From Pseudomonadota bacterium (GTDB lineage: Bacteria > Myxococcota > JACRCW01 > JAFGSX01): DNA of 59,550 bases. The DNA lies in NCBI GenBank assembly GCA_043821645.1, contig JBDRCO010000026.1:1-59550 (forward strand), read 5' to 3'. Of the stretch, positions 46,750 to 55,523 are shown piece by piece; the stretch's first letter is position 1; each line of letters opens with the position of its first letter. The position numbers and the translations under genes were made by a program. The notes below the pieces were generated by a model. It was not told where the DNA came from. It made no database searches and worked only from the letters and a program-made list of their open reading frames with translations.

Positions 46750-47758
46750 ATTTCACGCGACCCTGGGCCCTGCCGCGGCGAGCGGCCAGGCCCGCCACGC
46801 GCTCCTGTGCGCGGGCACCACGGCGCTGCGGGTCAACCTCTCGCATGCTCCAGGCGAGCAGGCCGCGGCGCTGCTGGGAGAGCTCCGCGGGCAGGCGCGC
46901 GCGCAGGGATTCGCCGTTGCACTGGGCGCGGACCTGCGCGGACGCAAGCTGCGCACCGGCACCCTGCAGCACGGCCAGGTGCTGCTCCAGGCCGGTCAGG
47001 ACTTCGAGCTATGCCCGCTGCCTGTCGACGAGGAGGGGGTGGGTGATGGCGCCCGGGCGACGGTGAACTGCCCGCAGCTTGGGGCGCTGGTGCGCCCCGG
47101 CACCCGCATTCTTCTGGACGATGGAGCCCTCGAGCTGCAGGTGGTCGACGCCGCGCCCGCGCGCGTGCGCTGCGTGGTGCTGACGGGTGGCCCCCTGCTT
47201 GAGCGCGTCGGCGTCAACCTGCCAGGCACAGCGCTGACCTTGCCTGCGCTCACCCCGCGCGACCTGGCGGACCTCGATGCGCTGCGCGCCCAGCCACCGG
47301 ATCATCTCTATCTGTCCTTTGTCGAGCGCGCCGAGGACCTGGTTCTGTTGCGCCGCGAGCTCGACGCGCGGGGCATGAACTGCCGCCTCATCGCCAAGAT
47401 CGAGCGCGCTGCCGCCCTGCAGGAACTCCCGGCCATTGCGGCCGAGGCCGATGCCCTGTGCCTGGCGCGCGGCGACCTGGGGGTGGAGATAGGTCTGGCT
47501 CGCGTCCCCAGGGCGCAGCGCCTGGTCGCGACCGCCGCCCAGCACGCCCATACGCCCTGGCTGCTGGCCGGTGAGGTGCTGCTGACGACCCTGCACCGGC
47601 CCCAGCCCTCGCGCGCCGAGCTCACCGATCTGCAGACGGCGCTGGATCAGCAGGTCTCGGGTTTCGTGCTTTCTGACGAGACCGCCGTGGGACCGGATCC
47701 GGCCTCGGCCGTGCGCTGGCTGGCGAGCCTGTGCCGGGAGATGGCCGAAGCGCTGTGA
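46733..47758 (+). CDS. Pyruvate kinase-like protein lacking the C-terminal domain
   Basis: ATLGP; RVNLSH; ILLDDG; AKIE; ARGDLGVE; PSRAE; LSDETAVG. Confidence 0.85.
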   Translation: MSPSLEFHATLGPAAASGQARHALLCAGTTALRVNLSHAPGEQAAALLGELRGQARAQGFAVALGADLRGRKLRTGTLQHGQVLLQAGQDFELCPLPVDEEGVGDGARATVNCPQLGALVRPGTRILLDDGALELQVVDAAPARVRCVVLTGGPLLERVGVNLPGTALTLPALTPRDLADLDALRAQPPDHLYLSFVERAEDLVLLRRELDARGMNCRLIAKIERAAALQELPAIAAEADALCLARGDLGVEIGLARVPRAQRLVATAAQHAHTPWLLAGEVLLTTLHRPQPSRAELTDLQTALDQQVSGFVLSDETAVGPDPASAVRWLASLCREMAEAL

Positions 47759-47999
47759 TCCTGCGCACAAAGCGTCCGCTTGGGTGCTGCGCCCAGCTCT
47801 CGAAAAATGGTGGAGTGATAATCGCAGGCATCAGCAGGCGGGGGGGACACAGACCCACCCCTGCGGGCGGTGCATTTGCGACTCAGCCTGATCTTCCGGG
47901 CAGTTATGGAGACAAGGTGGGAGCGGGTAGGACCTGGCCTGCCTCGTGCACATGTCCCCTCCAAACCCGTTCACAACTCCCTTTCCGGAGGAGATGGCC

Positions 48000-50159
48000 A
48001 TGAGCAAGAAACTGACACAGACCCTGGTGACCTTGTGCATCTGTACCGGGCTGATCGCGGCGCTTGGCGCCCGCGGTGGCTGCGTCCCGACCCCATGCCC
48101 TGATCTCTACATTGCCTGCCCCGCGCTCGAATGCCCCGACGGCTTCAAGGTCGACAAGAATGGCTGCGCCATCTGCGAGTGCATCGGCGAGCCGGCCCCG
48201 GTCAAGTGCATGGGCGACGCCGACTGCGCCGACGCTCAGTTCTGCTCCTTCGAGACCTGCCAGACGCCTCCGGACTGTGAGGACGGCATGGATTGCATGG
48301 CCGTGTGCTTCGGCCTGTGCAAGGACCGCGGCGGGGAGCCCTGCGCTGCCGACATCGACTGCGCCCGCGGCGAGGTCTGCATCAACGGCGTGTGCATGGG
48401 CGGTGGCATGAGCTGCTGGTCCGACGCCGAGTGCCCCGCGGGTCTGGTCTGTGACACGGTCAATTACTGCGAGGCCGCTCCCGGCTGCGAAGATGGTATG
48501 GCCTGCCCCGCGGTGTGCTACGGCCGCTGCGTCGAGCCCAACCACGGCGAGTGCTACAGCGACGCCGACTGCGGCCGCGGCTACTTCTGCGCCTTCCTCG
48601 ACGGCTTCACCAACTGCGACGACGGCAGCAACTGCGGCGGCGACGTGGCCATGGGCCAGTGCCTGCCTTACCCTTGCCCGGAGTACGCGCCGCCCTACTG
48701 CCCCAGCGGCGAGATCGTGGGCCAGGGCTACGACGAGTACGGCTGCCCGCTGCCCCCCATCTGCCTGGATGACTGCGCGAACCTGAGCCCCGAGGAGTGC
48801 GAACGCCACGAGCAATGCATGTTGATCGAGATGCAGCTGGGCATGCCCTGCCGCTGCGATTGCCCGGCCGGCGACGCGAACTGCGCCTGCGAGTGCCCGC
48901 CGCCAGTCCTGGCCTGCGTTCCCCGCGAGCCCCTGAACTGCGGCCAGCTCGACGAGCAGCAGTGCCTGATGCGCGCCGACTGCGAGCCCATCTTCGGCGG
49001 TGTCGGCTGCGCCTGCCCCGCGTGCCTGCCTGGCGAGGAGTGCTACCCCTGCGATTGCATGCCCCCCATCGACGACGTGTTCATGGGCTGCACCGAGCGC
49101 CGCCCCCAGGGTTGCGAGGGCCTGAGCATGGACCAGTGCCTGGCGCATCCCGAGTGCGAGCTGCTCGAGGTGCCCATGGGCCGCCCCTGCGCCTGCGACT
49201 GCCCGCCCGACGCCACCGACTGCATCTGCGAGGACTGCCATGACATGGGCTGGATGTGCGTGCCGCGCCAGCCTCCCCCGCCGCCGCAGTGCCGCGCCGA
49301 CGCCGACTGCCCGGCTGGCTTCTTCTGCGCCCTGATGGACTGCGCCAACGACGGCACCGATTGCATGGGCGGCGGCATCTGCCTGCCGGTCGAGCCCCCG
49401 CGCTGCGGCGACGGCACCGAGCTGCTGTGCGACATGGTCGCCCCCGACTGCCGTGACGACCAGGAACTGGCCGTGATCAATCACTGCTGGGCCTGCGTGC
49501 CTGCCGGCCAGTGCCAGCCCTTCCCGACCTGCGACACCGTGCGCTGCGCCGGTGGCACCCACTGCGAGATGGTGCAGGTACAGTGCTTCACCGAGCCCTG
49601 CTACCCCATCGCCATGTGCGTTCCCGACGCTGCCGCGTGCCAGAATGACGCGGACTGCCGCGACGGCTTCTTCTGCAACACCTGCCCCAGCGACCCCAAC
49701 TGCCCCATGTGCGACGTGTGCGGCCCGGCAGTGTGCCAGCCGGTGGAGCCCCTGCGCTGCCAGAGCGACCGCGACTGTGACAACGGCTACTGCGACATCT
49801 GCGAGGAGTGCATGGGCCCCCAGACCGTCGGCGTGTGCGTTGTCCCCAACTGTGACGACGGCAGCGAGCCCCTGTGCGACCGCATCCCGCCGGTGTGCCA
49901 GCCGGGTCAGACCCTGGCCGTGCGCAACAACTGCTACGAGTGCGTCGACGCCCGCAGCTGCGGCGAGCCCACCCTGACCTGCGCCAACGTGCGCTGCCAG
50001 GCCGGCTTCCACTGCGAGATGGTGCAGGTGCAGTGCTTCACCGAGCCTTGCCCGCCCATGCCCGAGTGCCTGCCCGACGAGACCGATCCGCCGGTGTGCG
50101 AAGACAACACCGCGTGCTCCGATGGCAGCGTCTGCATCAACGGCCGCTGCGGCGGCTGA
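48000..50159 (+). CDS. Very Cys-rich secreted repeat protein (antistasin-like and follistatin-N-like modules)
   Basis: GGAGGAG RBS; signal; CPALECPDGFKVDKNGCAICEC; duplicated C..VRC..G.HCEMVQVQCFTEPC. Confidence 0.85.
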   Translation: MSKKLTQTLVTLCICTGLIAALGARGGCVPTPCPDLYIACPALECPDGFKVDKNGCAICECIGEPAPVKCMGDADCADAQFCSFETCQTPPDCEDGMDCMAVCFGLCKDRGGEPCAADIDCARGEVCINGVCMGGGMSCWSDAECPAGLVCDTVNYCEAAPGCEDGMACPAVCYGRCVEPNHGECYSDADCGRGYFCAFLDGFTNCDDGSNCGGDVAMGQCLPYPCPEYAPPYCPSGEIVGQGYDEYGCPLPPICLDDCANLSPEECERHEQCMLIEMQLGMPCRCDCPAGDANCACECPPPVLACVPREPLNCGQLDEQQCLMRADCEPIFGGVGCACPACLPGEECYPCDCMPPIDDVFMGCTERRPQGCEGLSMDQCLAHPECELLEVPMGRPCACDCPPDATDCICEDCHDMGWMCVPRQPPPPPQCRADADCPAGFFCALMDCANDGTDCMGGGICLPVEPPRCGDGTELLCDMVAPDCRDDQELAVINHCWACVPAGQCQPFPTCDTVRCAGGTHCEMVQVQCFTEPCYPIAMCVPDAAACQNDADCRDGFFCNTCPSDPNCPMCDVCGPAVCQPVEPLRCQSDRDCDNGYCDICEECMGPQTVGVCVVPNCDDGSEPLCDRIPPVCQPGQTLAVRNNCYECVDARSCGEPTLTCANVRCQAGFHCEMVQVQCFTEPCPPMPECLPDETDPPVCEDNTACSDGSVCINGRCGG

Positions 50160-50352
50160 GACCTCTGTCTGCCCTCCTGACCTGAATCCCTGACTTCATG
50201 ACATGGTGACGCCGCGCGAGTTGGGTGCGCGGCGTCCCTCTTTTGCAGCCCCTGGGGACGCTGTGTTCTGGCCACGCTGCAGGCGCCAGAATCCTGCCCC
50301 CCCTCGATCCGTCGCGCTGGCCCAGGCCAAGGTGGTGTGGCACCTTTGAAGG

Positions 50353-51720
50353 GTGGCACGACGGACAGCACCAGAGCCCCCGCAGGCCCCGTGGCGGGTG
50401 ACCCGGCGCGAGCTGCTCAAGGTGGGCGGTGTGGCCACCGCGGGTCTGCTGGTGGGCTGTCCGGATGCGCCACCGACCGCGCGCACCTTCGGCGACTGCT
50501 GCCAGCAGCCAGCGGACGCGGGCGTGGACGCAGGTTCGCTCGACGGCAGCGACGAGGATCGCAGGCGGGCCGAGGACGCGGCCGCCCAGGACGGGAACGC
50601 GGACGGGGCGCAGGAGGATGCCCGCATCGACGCGGGCAGCGCGGTGGATCCGCCCCCGCCCGTGGTCCTGCTGCAGCTCTCCGATGTCCACATCGGCGCC
50701 CAACCCTATGCCCTCAGCGCCTTCACCGTGGCGCTGGGCGGCATTCTGCCCACGCTGCAACCAGCCCTGACCCTGATCACGGGCGATCTGGTGGACGACG
50801 GCGAGCAGGACAGCCAGTGGCAGGCCTATCGCGACGCCCTGGACGCCGCGGGCGTCGTCGCCACAGGCGTGCTCGAGGTTCCGGGCAACCACGACGCCAA
50901 GGGCGATGCCGACCTGGTGCGCTACCTGGCGCAGAGCCTCACCGGCCAGGCCTGCGGCGGAGCCTTTGGCCTGCGCGACCTGGTCGTCAACGGGCGCAGG
51001 ATTCGTCTCATCGCCGTCAACACCGCCGCGGGCGGTAGCTGGGCGCGCAACCTCACCGGCTATCTGCCCACCGAGCAGGTGGACGCCGTGCTGGCAGACC
51101 TGGCCCTCGCCCCCGTTGCCGATCACACCCTGATCGTGGGCCACCATCCGCTCGAGGGCGCCACCGGCCTGGCCATCCTCAACACCGACGTCGAGCTGCG
51201 CCGCCTCATCGCCGCCACCGACGCCGAGGCCTACCTGTTCGGCCACACCCACCAGCCGAGGATGAGCTGGGACGGACGCTGCCTCGCGGGCCAGGCCAGC
51301 ACCCTGGGCAATCCCACGCTGATCAACAACGCCCCTGGGTTTGGCCTGCTCAGCCTCGACGACGGCGTCAACCTGCGCCATGTGCCGCTGCTCAAGAACG
51401 GCGATGTGGCCGAGGCGGACTGGCCCCTGGTGCTGATCACGCGCCCGGCGCACGCCGAGCTGGGTGGTTTCAACCCGCGCGCCAGAACCCTGCCGCGGGG
51501 TGCCAGCCAGCAGTTGCTCAGGGCGCTGGTGGTGTCGCCCCAGGTTCCGGACGAAGTCTCCTGGCAAATCGATGGCGGGTCGTGGTCGGCCATGGCGCGG
51601 CTGGGCGACCACTACCAGGCGCGCTTTGACTGCCCCGACGCAGCAGGCTGCACGGTCACGGTCCGCGTGCGCGCGGTCGGTCACACCCGGCAGGATTCGG
51701 TGCGGATTCGATTGGCTTGA
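50353..51720 (+). CDS. Tat-exported calcineurin-like metallophosphoesterase lipoprotein
   Basis: TRRELLK twin-arginine motif; LVGC; SDVH; TGDLVD; PGNHD; GHH; FGHTH. Confidence 0.88.
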   Translation: MARRTAPEPPQAPWRVTRRELLKVGGVATAGLLVGCPDAPPTARTFGDCCQQPADAGVDAGSLDGSDEDRRRAEDAAAQDGNADGAQEDARIDAGSAVDPPPPVVLLQLSDVHIGAQPYALSAFTVALGGILPTLQPALTLITGDLVDDGEQDSQWQAYRDALDAAGVVATGVLEVPGNHDAKGDADLVRYLAQSLTGQACGGAFGLRDLVVNGRRIRLIAVNTAAGGSWARNLTGYLPTEQVDAVLADLALAPVADHTLIVGHHPLEGATGLAILNTDVELRRLIAATDAEAYLFGHTHQPRMSWDGRCLAGQASTLGNPTLINNAPGFGLLSLDDGVNLRHVPLLKNGDVAEADWPLVLITRPAHAELGGFNPRARTLPRGASQQLLRALVVSPQVPDEVSWQIDGGSWSAMARLGDHYQARFDCPDAAGCTVTVRVRAVGHTRQDSVRIRLA

Positions 51721-51787
51721 ACACCGGCCTTCGCGGCAGCGTCGGGTCAGGCAGGACGGCGCAGGCTGTTGCGACTGCGCCCACGCC

Positions 51788-52273
51788 TCATGCGGCCTGC
51801 GTGCGCAGGCCCACGAGCGCGAGGCAGACGGCAAAAGGGGGCGGCTGCTCCGCGCAGATGCCCAGGGCGCCGAGCCACAGCATCAGGCGCTCGTAGATCG
51901 CCCGCTCCTCGAAGTGCGCGAAGTCGTCGAGCAGCAGGGCGTTCTCGGCGAGGATCTCGCTGCATCGACTGAGCGCCGCCGGACTCTGCAGGGCGCCCTC
52001 GAGCGCGCTGCGGGTCTCGCCCTCGTGCAGCTGCTGCACGAAGCCCCGGAGCACGGCCCGCGCCTCCTCGCAGCGGTAGCCCGGCACGCGCAGGTAGCGC
52101 TCGGGCTGGCGCCGCACCAGACCCCATTCGGGCTGGTCACGGTCAAAGACGGTGACCACCTCGCCGGTCTCGCGATCGAGGAAGCTCTCGATGCCGGTGG
52201 TGCTGTCGCGGTAGGCGATCTCCAGATCCGCCCAGTCGATCTCGAGGGTCTTGAGTGGTATTGCGCTGGCCAT
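51788..52273 (-). CDS. UPF0158 family protein
   Basis: IDWADLEIA..FLDRETGEV..PERYLRVP. Confidence 0.75.
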   Translation of the reverse strand: MASAIPLKTLEIDWADLEIAYRDSTTGIESFLDRETGEVVTVFDRDQPEWGLVRRQPERYLRVPGYRCEEARAVLRGFVQQLHEGETRSALEGALQSPAALSRCSEILAENALLLDDFAHFEERAIYERLMLWLGALGICAEQPPPFAVCLALVGLRTQAA

Positions 52274-52480
52274 GTGGCCAAGGTACGCGCAGGTCATACT
52301 CGGGTCAAAAAATCGGCCGCTGCGGCGCGCTGGGTGACCGCCACGAGGCCGTTGCTCCCGTCGACAGGCGGCGGTCCAACCAGGCGACCCCCACCCTTCC
52401 TGCCATCGATGGTGCACCCGCCAGCAGCCGTGACCGTCGCGCCGCCCGCGTCGCAACAGGCTCGGAAAAAGGCCGCTTGT

Positions 52481-52510
52481 TTGACAGGGGTGGTGCCCAC
52501 ACCGTACATT
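52481..52510 (+). promoter_or_regulatory. Sigma70-like promoter
   Basis: TTGACA-N18-TACATT upstream of the Cys-rich lipoprotein/kinase pair. Confidence 0.5.
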
Positions 52511-52617
52511 TCCAAGTGCACCCCGTCGACGACGAGGCGGCTGCGGCGTGCCTGCGGCGCGTTGCGCGGAGCCCTGGATCGGTCGCCCCCGGGCGGCGGC
52601 CCCTGATGAGGATGATC

Positions 52618-53940
52618 ATGATGTGCCCTCGACGATATCTGCACAACCTGCGTTCGCTGCTCCTTGCGCTCCCCTTGCTGCTGGTCGTCGGCGGTGGCGC
52701 CTGCCCGGATGAGCAAAACAAGGACGCGGGCCCCACGCCCCCCAACAACAGCTGCATCAGCGACTCGCAGTGCCAGAGCGGCGAGAGCTGCGTGGTCGGC
52801 CTGTGCCTGCGCAAGTGCTCGGTGCACGACGTCTGTGACGTGGGCCAGTTCTGCTCGTCCAACGGCTTTTGCGAGGTCGGCTGCCGCAGCAAGGCCGACT
52901 GCGCCGAGGGCAAGCTGTGTGCGCGCGGTTCCTGCATCGACTCCAGCGGCGCGTGCACCACCAAGGCCGACTGCCCGTCGGGTCTGGTGTGCATCAACCA
53001 GATCTGCGACGACCCGCCCACGGTGTGTGCCGGCCCCGAGGACTGTCCCGACAACCAGCTGTGCAACGGCTTCACCCAGGTCTGTTTCGACCCCGCCCCG
53101 GCGGGATGCAACAACGCCACCGACTGCGTGGGACGGCAGGGCTGCGAGAGCGGCTGCACCTGCAATGCCCAGCACGAGTGCGTCACCGGCGTGGCCTGCA
53201 CCCTGGGCACCGAGTTACAGGACTGCGGCATCGGCGGCATCTGCAACCAGACCACCTGCATCGCGCAGCCAGGCTGCACCGCGCAAGCTGACTGCGACGC
53301 CTATGGCCTGTACTGCAACACCCAGAACCGTATCTGCGAGCGCACCTCGCAGTGCACCACCAGCACCGATTGCGCGAGCCAGGCACCCGCCACCTTCTGC
53401 AACCTGACGGCCAACCCGCATCGCTGCGAGGTGCCGACCTGCCTCAACGGCGGCGTGACCTGCACCCCGCCCGACGAGTGCAGTACCCAGGGTCGCTGTG
53501 TGCCGCCGGCCGGCCAGAGCTGTGCCAGCAACCTCGAATGTTGCCCCGACGACGTCGACAACAACCAGACCTGTGCTGTTGGCCTGTCCGAATACTGCGA
53601 CATCCCCTCGGGACAGCTCTCCGGCGCCTGCCGCCAGGGTTGCCGCGACGACAGCGACTGCAACATCGGCGCGGGGGAGAGCTGCAACGCCCTGCACCAG
53701 TGCTCGACCTCGAGCAGCGGCACGGGTGGCGACGGAGAACCGTGCCAGGATCAGGCCGAGTGCCGCGCCAACTACTTCTGCGGCGTGTTCACCCGGGTTT
53801 GCTACGAGATGTGCGAGACCGAGGGCACCGTGTGCCCGGAGACCGGCAAGACCTGCACCGTCATCATCGGTGTGCCGCTGTGCGCGGGCACGGGCGGACT
53901 GCCCAGCTTCGACGCGGGCATGGGCTTCGACGTCAACTAG
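52618..53940 (+). CDS. Cys-rich repeat lipoprotein
   Basis: Signal with GGAC lipobox; many Cx5Cx5Cx4-6C repeats; several possible ATG starts at 52606-52621. Confidence 0.82.
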   Translation: MMCPRRYLHNLRSLLLALPLLLVVGGGACPDEQNKDAGPTPPNNSCISDSQCQSGESCVVGLCLRKCSVHDVCDVGQFCSSNGFCEVGCRSKADCAEGKLCARGSCIDSSGACTTKADCPSGLVCINQICDDPPTVCAGPEDCPDNQLCNGFTQVCFDPAPAGCNNATDCVGRQGCESGCTCNAQHECVTGVACTLGTELQDCGIGGICNQTTCIAQPGCTAQADCDAYGLYCNTQNRICERTSQCTTSTDCASQAPATFCNLTANPHRCEVPTCLNGGVTCTPPDECSTQGRCVPPAGQSCASNLECCPDDVDNNQTCAVGLSEYCDIPSGQLSGACRQGCRDDSDCNIGAGESCNALHQCSTSSSGTGGDGEPCQDQAECRANYFCGVFTRVCYEMCETEGTVCPETGKTCTVIIGVPLCAGTGGLPSFDAGMGFDVN

Positions 53941-53958
53941 CCTGGTGCGGGGGACGAC

Positions 53959-55425
53959 ATGCAGCCCCCGACCCTGAGCACGGATCGCATCGGCCACCTG
54001 CGCCTCGAAGGCGTGGTGGGCCGGGGCGGCATGGGTGTGGTCTACCGCGCCGTCGACGAGGTGCTCGGGCGCGCGGTGGCCGTCAAGGTGCTGTTCGACC
54101 TCGACGACGAGGAGAACGTGGCGCGCTTCGTGCGCGAAGCCCGGGCCCTGGCCCGGCTCACCCATCCCAACGTGGTGCAGGTGTACGGGCTGGGCGAAGT
54201 CGAGGGCCTTCCCTACTTTTCCATGGAATGGGTCGACGGCCCGAGCCTGTTCGAGATCGTACAGCAGCGCGGTGCCCTGGTCGTCGACGAGGCCGTGGCC
54301 TATGCGGTGCAGGCCGCCCGAGGCCTGGCCGCCGCGGCCGCTGCCGGGGTCATTCATCGGGACGTCAAGCCGCACAACCTGCTGCTGCAGGACGACGGCG
54401 GCATCAAGATCGTCGACTTTGGCCTGGCGCGCATCGGCGACAAACCAGGGCCTCACACAGCCCAGGGCGTGGCCATGGGAACGCCCCACTACATGGCACC
54501 GGAGCAGGCGCGGGGTGACGCCATCGACCACCGCGCCGACCAGTACGCGCTCGCCGCCAGCCTGTACCATCTGCTGTGCGGGCAGCCGCCTTTCGACGCC
54601 GACAGCGACGTGGCGCTGCTGCTCAAGCATCAGCAAGAGGCGCCGCAGCCCCTGCCGGCGATCGCCCCCGAGGTGACGCCGGCGCTGTGGGAGGTGATCG
54701 CGAAGGCCCTGGGCAAGGACCCCGAGCAGCGTTTTGCAGACCACGACAGCTTCGTCGACGCCTTGCTCGACGCCGTGGAGCCCGCCTCGAACTGGCGCAC
54801 TGGCGTGAGGCTCGGGGCAGCCCTGGTGGGGGCCGCAGCCCTGGCCGGCGTGCTGGTGGTGGGCGCGCCGTGGTGGATGGCACGACAGAGCCCCGCGCGG
54901 GATCCTGCGATGCCAGGCGCCCAGGATGGTGGAGTCTCCTCGACGACGGGAGTGGCCACTTCTGCCGACGCGACGATGCTGGTGGCGCCGCAAGGCGGGG
55001 ACGCGAGCACCGCAGAAGACGCGGGCCTGGACAGGGTGGCGCGGGCTCTGGCCAGGGTCGGTGCGCTGGAGGCGGCAGCGCGGGGTCCGGCTCTCCAGGA
55101 ACTGTCAACCCTGCGCGACCCCCGGGTCCTGGCCTACCTCGTGCGCAGGCTGCACGAGGGCGAGGACGGTGAACGCGTGGCCGCCGCACGGGCGCTGGGC
55201 CAGCTGGGCGATCAATCCGCCACCGACGCGCTGCTGCCAGCCCTGCAGTCCGGGAAGCTCGAACTGGTCCTGGTCACCATCGAGACCCTGGCCACGCTGG
55301 CGGATCTTCGCGCCCTGGAGCCCCTGCAGACCCTGGCCCGGACGCACCCGGATCGCGAGGTTCGCCGCCGTGCCCAGGCCGCCCACCAGAAGCTGTTTTC
55401 CGTCGAGGACAGCCCCGCGCACTGA
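53959..55425 (+). CDS. Ser/Thr protein kinase with TM and C-terminal HEAT repeats
   Basis: GRGGMGVV; VAVK; HRDVKPHN; DFG; GTPHYMAPE; TM; AARALGQLGD. Confidence 0.93.
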   Translation: MQPPTLSTDRIGHLRLEGVVGRGGMGVVYRAVDEVLGRAVAVKVLFDLDDEENVARFVREARALARLTHPNVVQVYGLGEVEGLPYFSMEWVDGPSLFEIVQQRGALVVDEAVAYAVQAARGLAAAAAAGVIHRDVKPHNLLLQDDGGIKIVDFGLARIGDKPGPHTAQGVAMGTPHYMAPEQARGDAIDHRADQYALAASLYHLLCGQPPFDADSDVALLLKHQQEAPQPLPAIAPEVTPALWEVIAKALGKDPEQRFADHDSFVDALLDAVEPASNWRTGVRLGAALVGAAALAGVLVVGAPWWMARQSPARDPAMPGAQDGGVSSTTGVATSADATMLVAPQGGDASTAEDAGLDRVARALARVGALEAAARGPALQELSTLRDPRVLAYLVRRLHEGEDGERVAAARALGQLGDQSATDALLPALQSGKLELVLVTIETLATLADLRALEPLQTLARTHPDREVRRRAQAAHQKLFSVEDSPAH

Positions 55426-55438
55426 GCCGGTGCGGGCG

Positions 55439-55467
55439 TTGACAGGGGCCCACCCCGTCCCTATAAA
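55439..55467 (+). promoter_or_regulatory. Sigma70 promoter of gyrA
   Basis: TTGACA-N17-TATAAA. Confidence 0.7.
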
Positions 55468-55523
55468 CAAGCGACGATTTCGAGCCTTTCCGTCGTCGCC
55501 TGGCGATGAACGTGGAGCCCATC

